Shown piece by piece: positions 53,670-64,000 of a stretch of 64,000 bases of DNA. Origin of the DNA: Thalia democratica (Eukaryota); the NCBI GenBank assembly GCA_965202585.1, contig OZ241827.1, positions 60,450,001 to 60,514,000 of the forward strand. Reading direction: 5' to 3'. Within the stretch, counting starts at the first letter, position 1. Each line of letters begins with the position of its first letter. Both the position numbers and the translations under genes were made by a program. Under the pieces are notes generated by a model that was given only the letters and a program-made list of their open reading frames with translations, searched no databases and was not told the origin of the DNA.

Positions 53670-53975
53670 AACGGTGCAAAAGTAACGTAGGTACTAAACT
53701 GACGCCGTGCAATAATAACGCTCTGTGCAAAAATGATGCAACTTACAAAAGTGAGCCATTATTCAAAAATATCGCACCGTTCTAAAATGTCGCCGTGCAA
53801 AAGTGACCAATCGTGCTAAAGTTAAGCACAGTGTTAAATTAACTTTGTGCTAAAGTGACCCAGCGTTTTAATGTGACGTCGTGCAAAAGTTATACACAGT
53901 GTCAATGTGACGCGCTGTGCCAAAGTGACGCACCATGCAATATTGACGCCGTGCTATTCTGACCCGCTTCCTGTG
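53670..53975. repeat. ~17-bp GTGCAAAAGTGAC minisatellite
   Basis: More than a dozen degenerate units. Confidence 0.85.
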
Positions 53976-55684
53976 CTACCTAAACAAATGAAAATTCAAA
54001 GTGAAATTGTTTATATTTAGATATGTCAAAAAAATACAATATGTTTTTTAAAATAAAGTTTCTGAAAATAGGTTTTTTGAATGTATCTATAGAAAACATT
54101 TTTTATCCGATTCCAGTAATATAAATAATAAATAATCGAAAATAGCCTTCTTAATATTAAAAAATAAGTTTGAGTTTTTTTAATGATAAACAATTTTTGA
54201 TTCACATTTACTATACAACTTGTTATGTAATCTTAAAAGTGCAAATGTTTATTGTTTAGTTTACTAAGGGCTTAAAAAATAAATAAACCACAACAATGTT
54301 TAATTTTTTTTTGCAACTATAAGTTGACGAAAACTAAGCAAAAGTATCATAAAATAAATTTTATTATTTTATCATTTTATTATCCTTTATTTTATATACT
54401 ATTTACTTAATTTTATATAGTTATTTATTTCACATTAAATATATAATAACTAATAAATGTTTAATAGAATAAGATAAACTTTCTCAAAAAATTAGACCGT
54501 AAACTTTTTATGTAAAACATAAGTAAATTATTTTAATCTGATGAGGTTTACAAAAGCGCATAGAGGCATCCTGTTCATATTCATACTCAACTTAAAATAT
54601 TTAATTAAAAAACTGAGTAAGCATGTAATCTCAGGCAACTTTAAACGGTTGGGTATAAAATATAACTTTTCTGTTGAAATAAATATAAGTGGTGTAAATA
54701 AAGTTTTTTTTACTTATATAACTAGTTTCTAACTAGGTACTAAATAAACTTTTTAAACAAGAGCTAGAACACTTAAAAAGTTTGTTGATAATTACTTAGT
54801 AGAGACTATGATTTTTTGTTTTAACTTGCAAAAAGTAGTTATTAGTAAATATTTGAAAAAAAAAAGTAATCAATTCATACTTAATAAAAAAAGTTATAAA
54901 CAGTTCTAGTAAACCTTTTCAAAACTATTTATTAAAATTATATTCATAGCGTTTAAACAATACAAATGTTTAAATTTTTGAAAATAAATATGTTTATTGT
55001 TTCAAATTGTTATACATGTCAAAACAATTTTTTACTCTGTTAAGTTATAATAAATTAATATACTATTGAAATGTTTATATAAGTTTAGTCTGTTTGGCAA
55101 AACATACCATAAATAGAAAAAAGCCACTGTTTTTAATAAAAAAAATACATTAGTTTTAACAATTCAATGCTAAAACAATTAAGTTTTTACTAATTTGTGT
55201 TTATAAAAATGCATCTTTTTGTTCAATCTGATACTGTCTAGTTTATAGCCATCAAGTAGGAGAATAAACAAATTAGGCAAACATGAAAGGCAAATGTTTA
55301 CTAAAAATTAAATTAGTATTGTTCGACAATCATTAGCTACATTTGACAACGAAGTTAAAAGAATTAGCAGAATAATTGCAACTTTTAATTTCGGAATAAT
55401 TTTTTTTTTTTTAAGTTTCTACATTTAATCTTTTATGTTCAGCTTGCAGCTAAATAATATTTCTAAACATATTTAATAGAAAAGAGATACATTTTAGATT
55501 TAATTTTGTTTTTTTTTTAATACTTTTTTTGTAATCAAGGTTTTGTTTATTGTTATCTAATACAATAATTTTTATTATCTCACAATAAGTTTAAACTTTA
55601 AAGCAGTGTTTGTCATCAAAAAGTTTCAATATTGAACTTCAAAAAATTTCTTACATCAAAAATGTTGAACTTCAACGAATTTGT

Positions 55685-55725
55685 TCAGCGGAAGTGACGC
55701 TTGCGTAATTGTTATCACGTCACAA
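55685..55725 (+). promoter_or_regulatory. Candidate Arf promoter: ETS-CRE composite CGGAAGTGACG plus TCACGTCA
   Basis: CpG-containing island in AT-rich DNA about 1 kb upstream of the ATG; a motif known from housekeeping promoters. Confidence 0.55.
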
Positions 55726-56670
55726 CACAACAATGCTTGCAGCTTCCAAGCTTGTTTACTTGTCAACTTAAATGTTTTTTACTTTAGGCTTGTTTAGTTT
55801 TTTTGTTTTTGTATTCAGTGTTGTTTTAGTCACTTTAATGGTAATTGTCGTATAGTTTTGTGTAGCTCTACAAAAGTTTTTCTTAAAAGTTTATGAAAAA
55901 AAAATAATTGCATTAATATTTTGGAAAAACTTTTTGAAATAAAACTCAAAAAAAGTATTAAACTGCAAATTTATTTTTTAAAACAAATGCTTCTGAATTG
56001 TTCATTTACTGGACTAAACCTATCAGAACCATCAATCTGATTTAGATAATATACACAATACTTTTTGTCGTAGATTTTCAAGTAAAGTTTTTATTTTAGA
56101 ACAAATTTTGTCTTAGTCTTTTATTTTCTAACACTTAAATTATAAAACAATTTCTGGTTTTAGAAGTTTTTATGTTTATTCTTACATAACTGTATTTAAA
56201 AGCCTATATACACTTAATTTTAGTATTTTTATAAAGTTAGAAGCTAGATAAAAAAATAGTAGTTATAAACTTATTGAGTTGAATTAGAATAAACAAGTTT
56301 AAATTATGTTGTAGAAAACAATGTCTGTTGTAAATAGTTTTTTTTTAAACAAAAAGTTTTACGTTTGTAAAATAAGTTTCAAATTTCTTAAAAATCAATC
56401 AAACAAAATAACACACTTTCTTTAGTATTTGTTTTGCTCACATTTGATAAAATTAAACACAAGCTGTTCAAAGTCATAAAAGGGTAGATGTAGCAGTATC
56501 ATTATAAGAATTTACAAACTAAAAGCAAAAGTTTTGAAAATAATCATAGATTGCTTTTGTGTTTAATATATTTAAACTTCAAAGTTCTTAGAATAAATAA
56601 TGAAAATTATTTGAGCAAAATTGCAATACAACAAAAACAGCACTTTTCAATAATTAAAAGTCAAATCGGG

Positions 56671-56789
56671 ATGGGAAATTTGTTTCTGATGTGCCGACCG
56701 CGCAGGGAAATGCGAATATCCATGATGGGCTTGGATAACGCGGGAAAAACTTCAATTCTGTACAGAATAAAAACTGGCGGCAGTTTGAG
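56671..56789 (+). CDS. Arf exon 1
   Basis: MGNLFLMCRPRREMRISMMGLDNAGKTSILYRIKTGGSL; gtgaat donor. Confidence 0.9.
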
Positions 56790-59700
56790 GTGAATGATTT
56801 CAAATACTACCTATCAGCTTAAAATAAATACAATTTCTATTAAACCTACTGTAAAACTAAAAACAATATTAGTAAAAATAAAAATTTTAAGATAGCTTAA
56901 AAAAGGTTTATACTGAGTAGTGTAACGACATGATAAAAAAACAAAAGTTTTTTTTCGCTATTAAGAATTTTTCAAAATCAAACTTTTTTTTTCTTAAAAT
57001 ATTATTAACGAAAATTACATCAAAACTTTTGATATATTTTTATTAATTGTAAAATAAAGTGTGAAAAAGAACTATTGTATTTGTGTTAAAGTTGTTCACA
57101 AGTTAAAAAACATTAATGTTTTTGTTTATTTTAAATAATGTATATCAATTTAAACTGCGAACAGAAGTGAAAAGATCAATAGTTATAGTTTCTAGTTAAG
57201 TAAACATTATTAAGAGAATATAAAGCACTACACGGCTTAATCGTTTTAAATACCTTTTAACATAAATAATGGTTTAAAGTATTAGATAGTTCAGATTAAA
57301 ACCTTTATACAGCTTATAGACAAATCGTATAAAATAAAGTTCATAATATTTGAAAAAAGTTTTTAGTATATTTTGTTACTTTTATTCAAATTTTTGTTTT
57401 TCAAAAAAAAAAGCTTTAAATAAGTTTATATATTACTTAAATAAATAAAACTGTAAAATTTTAAAGGGAAATTTCTAAGCGCTGTACTTTTTTATTCAAA
57501 GTAAGTTAAGTTGCTAGCATAAATGTTTGACCTAAACATTTTATAGATCTTGCAAATAATGTTAAAACTTGTTGCATATAAGAGAAACTACTTTCTTTCA
57601 ACATATTTTTTATATTTAACAAAAGATCTACTTTACCTGAAAGATGAAATTTGCTTTGAATTTATATCTTAATAAAATGTAGGTAAATTTTGATAAGTTT
57701 TTTCTTTCTAAGTTTGCTAAACAAACAAACTAAAGGTTTCTATTTAAACTAGTCTAATTAAAAAGTGCTGCAATAGCTTATATGACTTTCCAGTAAATTG
57801 TGTGTAAACTCAATGTAAACAAAAGTGTTAATATTTTAAACTTTAATATGCAGTTTATTATAAGTATAGTACAACTTTAAAACAAACTGTTTATCTAAAT
57901 ATTTCAATTTTGTATTTACCTAATTTTTTGTAAAAGCCTGTTGTGAACATACATAAACAATAAATCATATCTATAAACTAACAAATAGTTTCAATTTGTT
58001 AAACACCATTGTAGATTATTTTTTTTAATTGTATGTATACATTTATTTATTCAGCTGTATAACAAAATCATGAAAATATCTTCTTAGAGATTTTTTTCGT
58101 GGTTTATAGACCAAACCCTTATAACTAAACTACGTATATACTATATTATACACACATTTAATATATGTAGATGTGTTTTTTTTTTCTAAATTTTTTTAAT
58201 TGATCAATACTGTAATGCAGTGGCGTAGCGTAGTATTTTGGTCAGGAGGTGCGCAAATTTTTCTCTCAAAAAATCCTCTAAATTAAAAGTTTTGTAATTA
58301 GCTATAAAAAGATCTTTTTATAAGTAATACATTTAAAATAAACTCATTAAGTGAAATAAGTTCGAAGTAACTGTTTCTAAAAATATTACAAAATTAAACA
58401 ATTAAAAAAAGTATAAATTTCATTAGAATTACTTATACTTGAACAAATGTAAACTTACTAAATATAAATTGTTTTTACTACTCACAGTAAACTTTATATG
58501 TTTAGAAATGAATATATTCAATAAAACGAAAGTATCTGTTTTATTTACAAAAAAAATATCAATCTGTATAATATACAATACAACAGTGATAACAACACTT
58601 CATTGCACATAATTTAAATAAAGTTGCACAGAAGTAAAAATAGACCAACTTTATAACTGTTGTTACAATTTATTATAACTTTGTAAAAAAGTTAAACGTA
58701 TACTTTTAAATTTAATTCATCTGATTGCATTTGTTTAAAATAAAAATCACGATCAAAGTTTATTTCTCATAGGCCGACGCGCTTTTTCTTGTGTGTTTAC
58801 AAAAATAAAGATCAGAAAACTAGCAATAGTCTTAACACTTATTGTAGCATAAAAAGAAAACTTGTAAAATTATTTAATTTTCCTTTAAGCGTGACAAACT
58901 TTTGTAAACTTTTTGTAGAAAATCTGTCATAAGGTTATACTACTGCGGTGGACTAATTAGTTGCGTTCTTTTTTAATTTAAATTCTTATGAAGCTAATGA
59001 AATTGTAAAATTTTTCCTTATAGAGTTTTTCATCAACATCTGTGCGCACTTTCACTTGCTCACCGAATCAGTATATTTTGTAATCTCCCTAACTTGTCAC
59101 TAATGAGTATTCAAACTTCGTTTAATTTTTTGAATACAAAATAAACTTAGTTGAAAAAAGGCAAATTAAGCAGAAAAAGTTAACAATAAAGGATAAACAT
59201 ATTACATCCTTTTTTTTTTACTTTTTTTTTTTTGGGTGGCACGCATGCACCAGTGTCCCTCCCCACGTTACGCCCCTGCTGTAATGCAACTAAAACTGTA
59301 ATTAAAATTAAAAGAAACGCTTACTCCAATTCAGGCCTACTATTTCACACTAAAATCGTCTCAAGAAATATTATAAATATTAAAAAAAGTAAAGTGTTAT
59401 GTTTTAATTATTTAATTATACTACAAATATAAAACTGACTTTAATTTTAATTTTTTTCTAACTAACTTTAATACTCATATATAGTTTTATCAAATGTATA
59501 AAATATAAGATTTATGCACACATTTAGACTAACCAGGAACTTAATGACGTTTAGATTTTTGCGTATGATCAAAATAAAATAGATTTGTATTATAATTATT
59601 AGTTACTTCAATATTATTTAAAGACAAAAACATTATAACGTTTTAGCAATTTTACTCAAGTCAGGTTTACCGTTTATACATTTCACCTCATATCAATATA

Positions 59701-60518
59701 TTTCAAATATGATTTCCAACAATACCAAGTGTATTTCCAACAATATTTAAAGTTGTAAGCATAAGTATATAATTAAAGTTTAATATAACTTATAAATATT
59801 ATTTTTTCCTTTCTTAGGTCCGTTCCCCCCACGGACGGGGTCATCGTCGACCGGTTGGACGTCGGGAGAACCCGGATCGAGGTCACGGACGTCGGCGGGC
59901 AGGACAAAGTGCGCCAGCTGTGGCGGCACTACGTCCGGGCCGTCAACGTTTTGATATTCGTCATAGACTGCCACGACGCGCCGAGACTGCACGAGGCCAA
60001 AACGGCCCTTTTCAAACTGGCAGGTGATCTTTCCTTTTGTACAAAAAACTAATGTTTTTTTCATCTGCATTTTGTAACTAAATTTTTATTCTTATTCTAA
60101 ATTTAACGAAATTTGCTTTGTTAAAACTTATAAAAGGATTTAAAACAATCGAAAAAAAAATTAAACTTTTTAATCAAAGCTAATAAAGAAACTATAATTA
60201 CTAACAAAACAATTATAAAGTATTAACAACTTAAACTAATTGGCTGTAAGTTGATAAAAAAGACCAAACGGAAACCTTGTGAGCGTAAGTTGAAACTCAG
60301 CAGACGAGGAGGGCGAGTTCGCGGTGGCGGTGATGGCCAACAAGCAGGACTTGGAGGGGGCCGTGAGCGGGGAGGCGGCGGAGGAGTACCTGGAGGTCGA
60401 CGTTTTGAGGAGGGGCGGGAGGAGGGTGCGGGTGTTCGGGACGTCGGCGGTGACGGGGCGGGGCTTGAGGGAGGCGATGGGGTGGGTGGAGAAGTGCAGG
60501 AAGTGCGGGGACGGGTGA
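56671..60518 (+). CDS. Divergent Arf-family small GTPase, 180 aa (exons 56671-56789, 59818-60023, 60301-60518)
   Basis: MG myristoylation start; G1 GLDNAGKT, G2 PT, G3 DVGGQ (DKVRQLWRHY), G4 NKQD, G5 SA; 543 nt spliced in frame. Confidence 0.92.
58218..59278. mobile_element. 1061-bp hAT-type non-autonomous element in Arf intron 1
   Basis: TIR CAGTGGCGTAGCG / CGTTACGCCCCTG; perfect 8-bp TSD CTGTAATG (58210-17, 59279-86). Confidence 0.92.
59818..60023 (+). CDS. Arf exon 2
   Basis: ttcttag/gtgatc; DVGGQDKVRQLWRHY...LIFVIDC. Confidence 0.92.
60301..60518 (+). CDS. Arf exon 3
   Basis: NAGNAG acceptor (60300/60303); MANKQDL...FGTSAVTGRGLREAMGW; TGA at 60516-18. Confidence 0.9.
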
Positions 60519-61379
60519 GGGGGGTGAGAAGCAGGAAATGATGAAAACTTCTCTGGTTCGCAAGAATGTTGTTTTGTTTCATAAAACCGAACAAGTTAAA
60601 ATGTTTATTTCCTGTTTGTTGTTGTGCCAACTTGTGTTAAGTGTTTTGTTATAGCCTTTACTTGCGTTTAATCCTTATGAATTTTAAATTAACTTTTGAA
60701 ATGATTTTTAAATGGTATATCTGATAAGCGTTTTAAGTTTATAAATACAGTTTTTTTTAGTGTGAATTTTAAACTTTGATTTCCGTATTAATCATAAGTT
60801 TTATAAATTTACTGTATATTTTTAACTGGTTTAAAAATAATATTTAAGATAATACAAAACCTTAAAAAAAATTTCTTCAAACTAACTATTAATAACTTAA
60901 AAACAAAATATTTATAGCTTTGTAAAGTATTTTTAATTAAAATTCTAAATTCTATTACAAAAACTGCATTAACCTACAATATTAGTTGAAAAAATATCAT
61001 TAATTGTTTAGTATTCAACGTTTATTTCTTTTTTTTTTTTTGCTTGTGTATTATTTCTGAATAAAACATGCAATGATTTGATTTTTTATAATTGTATATA
61101 TTTTTACGTATTTATATTATAAAAAAACAACTAATTTTCAAATCGTTTACTTAGTTTCGATGCTTTATGCATCTCCTCAGAACGAAATAAATAACAAAGT
61201 AAGATTTTTAAAGAATCACACAAAAAACACATTGTGACGTTTCAACTAAAACTGAATAATTTTACTTAGTCTATTTTAAAAACAACTTATGTACAAGTTA
61301 ACTTATTTTTGCTTTGTTTGTTATTGTTTTTGGATTTATTTTGTTGTTATTTTTTTGTTATTATTTAGTGGTTTTTGTT

Positions 61380-63523
61380 CTTTTAAAATACATTTTTTGG
61401 TTATGTAGGCAGGGTTGCTGCCTTTCTTTTCTTTTATTTAATGATAAATCTTTTTTTCAATCTCGTACTTTTCCAAGCAACATAAATGGCATGTTTTATT
61501 GTTATTCGGTTTTGTTTTGGCTCTGCAGAGTATTTCCCATTTTAATTCATATTCTTTTTTTGCGTCTTTTATTTCCCAATTATAGTTCGATAGTTGGTAT
61601 TGTTTCTTTCTTATTTGTTGGTAAAGCTTGCTTTATGGTTGCTATATCTGTTATAAATGTTGTACTAGTGGAACCTACGTAAAGTTTTGTTTTATCATCT
61701 GTTTTTATATATGCTTGGTAGATTATATTTTTTGATAGGCAATTATTGTTTAACGGGCACGTTTCTTTCCTGCAGTTGCAGGTTTTTTCTTGTTGTTTGA
61801 AGTTTAGGTTGTTTAATATTTTGTTATTGTGTTTAAGAATTTTTGTTGTAAAATTTTCCATACAGCTATAAGAAATTTTTAGTGTGTTCCTGTTAAAGAT
61901 TTTGTGATATTGGTGGTTTGTGTCAAAGTGTTTATTTACCAGGTTTAAGAGTTCTTTGCCTATTTTAGTTGCTACAGTTAGGGAAAAAGGTGGGTTGAAT
62001 TGAAATAAAAAAAAATTCTTTGCTTTTTTGTTGGTTTTTCATTTGCTTTTTGGTACGTTTGGTTGAATTTGTAGTTGGCTGATTTTAGTGCTAATTGATA
62101 ACTATGTTTTATACGGTTAAATGATTTTTCGTGACTTGATAAATTGTTTAGTCTTTCGTTAATAGTTATAGGTAATTGTTTTAATATTTGATTAGGGTGG
62201 TTTGATTTGTTGTTTACGTAAAGGATGTCCGAATTTCGTTTTCTGAATGGGATGTATGTTTTGTTAGGTAACTTTAGTTCGATATCTAAAAAATCTGTTT
62301 TGATTAGGCCTGCATCGACTGTTATTTTAAATCCCCATTTGTTAAAAATTTTGTGCAAATTTTTTGTGGTATTTTCTATGGTTCTCGGCGATTTAGATGG
62401 ATGACCGCAAGGCAATCGTCTCTATATATGCCGAATTTTTCTTCATTGAATATATTTTTTTTTTTATTTCGCTTTGCATGAAAAGTCCTACCATGTCGCA
62501 CACTTCGGCTCCATTGTAGGTTCCCATGCTAACGTTAAATAGGTCAGAGGTGTTTATTTTTCCCTTATTTTGTTTTTGTGAAAGATAGTAGATTTACAGG
62601 AATGTAGTATTAAGTTTTGATCGTTGTTTGTGATTGGTGTGAATTTTTCAGCAAATTTTAGTGAATTAATTAAAGTTGTTTTTGTTATGAATGGGTAAAA
62701 TTTAGTGATATCAAATTTTATGAATCGGGTTTAAGGGGTTGTTTTTAGTTTATTGAACCAGTTTATAACGCTGTCAGTGTTTTTCCATTGATTTAGTTTT
62801 GAGCCTGTTATTGTTCTTTTATTTATTGTGTCTAGTTTAGCTTTCGTGAATTTATTAAAAGGGGATTTAGAGGGGTTCAAAACTCTACAGTTTAGTTTGT
62901 TTGAAAAATATTTTTTGTGGTCTTTGATTGTAATGAATGCAGGTTTTTGTTCTATTTTTTTAATTTTGCCTTTTACATTGTATTTGATGATGAATTTATA
63001 GGTTTCTTCATTTAGTTTTTCAATTATTCCTGGGTCTGATTTTTTGTAGTCTGATGTGATATTTTCTTTCAAAAGTTTATTGTATGTGTATTTGTCTATT
63101 TTTTAAATGTTAGTTGATTTGTTAGAAAAAATAAATAATTTTTCAGAGGATGTTATATTCTTGATATCTTTTTTCATGGTGTTTAATAAACTGTTGTTGT
63201 ATTTTTTTAAATTTAATGTTACTTATTAACTTGTACAAAGCGTTTTCAAAGTCAGCTAACCTTGCGTCCGGTGGTGGTGTGTTTCTTGTACGGAAAACAT
63301 TTCTTTGATGGTTTTTGTCTTCCTCTTGGTGCTTCTTTTCTTCGGTTTTCTGGATCTTAAAGAAACTCGCGCGCCATCTCAGTCTTTCTACGAAGTTGTA
63401 TACTTGGTTGTACATCTTGGACATATACTTTCTCTCGTTGCACAGCGGTATATTTTTCATAGAGTAGTTGAACTTTATTGGATCGAAGTTCAACGTTTTT
63501 ATTTTTTTTTTGATAATGATCAA
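61380..63523 (-). mobile_element. Decayed Penelope-like retroelement (RT + C-terminal GIY-YIG), Naiad-like
   Basis: FNYSMKNIP...RLRWRASFF; FIKFDITKFYP; MGTYNGAEVCDMVGLF; YRDDC (62412-62426); TDFLDI; CNCRKETCPLNNNC; IIYQA..LYVGST; CHLCCLEK..CLH; several frameshifts. Confidence 0.9.
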
Positions 63524-64000
63524 TTTAAGAGGCTCTACTTTGTTTTAAAGGAGCTAGTGTTTAAAAAAATGTTTTTATATTTTTACGTATATGTTAAACT
63601 GTAACTACAATTTATATCTTAAAACTATTTATATACAAATGGTTAATTAATTTAAACTTTTTTAATAGTTGTTTTCTATTTGTTTCTAATTTGTTTAATT
63701 AAGCTTAGTTAAGAAGTATTTATAATTTCTATATTTTAAAACAGACTGTCTAATTTTAAAAGAATCTATTAAAAAATAAAAAAGTTTTGCTCAAGTTTGC
63801 TATAAATGACTTATCTTTTTGTCATATTTTAAGCATATTTAGAACTATCTAAAAGCCTTTAAAACATTTCAATTCTTTATCAATTTTGTTCTTAACTACT
63901 TATTGTTAACTGTATCATATTTTGTCCTGGATAAGACCTTAAAAGATATCCGTGGTGTGCGACTCGATAACCGAAAAGTTTTTTCGTGCTCTAGGTCCTA

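Noticed and set aside
54537-54580. CTGATGAG, a possible second hammerhead
   Set aside because: No GAAA after a proper stem II and no stem III.
59780-60630. Overlapping ORFs 59780-60070(-), 60223-60630(-), 60297-60563(-), 60251-60541(+)
   Set aside because: These are shadows of the stop-poor GC-rich Arf exons; low-complexity Pro/Gly translations.
61314-63604. Plus-strand ORFs 61314-61682 and 63305-63604
   Set aside because: Antisense to the A-rich PLE ORF; they appear hydrophobic only because the strand is T-rich.
1-64000. CRISPR arrays, tRNA, rRNA and bacterial operons
   Set aside because: None seen; the minisatellites lack constant repeats with unique spacers, and the genes are spliceosomal.

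Overview
This is a very AT-rich (about 20-25% GC by eye) animal genomic window with spliced genes; there are no prokaryotic features, rRNA, tRNA or CRISPR. (1) 1-10492 (+): a ROR-type receptor tyrosine kinase (Ig, Frizzled CRD, kringle, TM, kinase). I rebuilt 17 exons with consistent phases; the signal-peptide exon ends at base 3. The kinase domain looks like a pseudokinase (DFG->NFS, HRD->HKD, no alphaC Glu). (2) About 12.5-41.5 kb looks gene-free in the ORF track but is an old tandem array of 3-4 diverged units. These carry minus-strand exon-like cassettes of constant length (41, 52, 99 nt) with conserved AG/GT, suggesting a decayed, unrecognised gene family. (3) 41.1-48.6 kb is a recent tandem duplication of about 3.7 kb. 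It ends in a small PARP-like ADP-ribosyltransferase gene (H-Y-E triad, frame-disrupted), plus a truncated copy. The second unit has a 98-bp hammerhead-ribozyme insertion inside its (AT)n tract. (4) 56671-60518 (+): a 3-exon, 180-aa divergent Arf GTPase whose GC3 rises 54% -> 84% -> 99% across its exons. (5) 61.4-63.5 kb (-): a decayed Penelope-like (Naiad-type) retroelement with RT and GIY-YIG. Several hAT and Tc1/pogo MITEs, minisatellites, inverted repeats and a structured ~90-nt repeat are also present. All counts are by hand; no database search was run.
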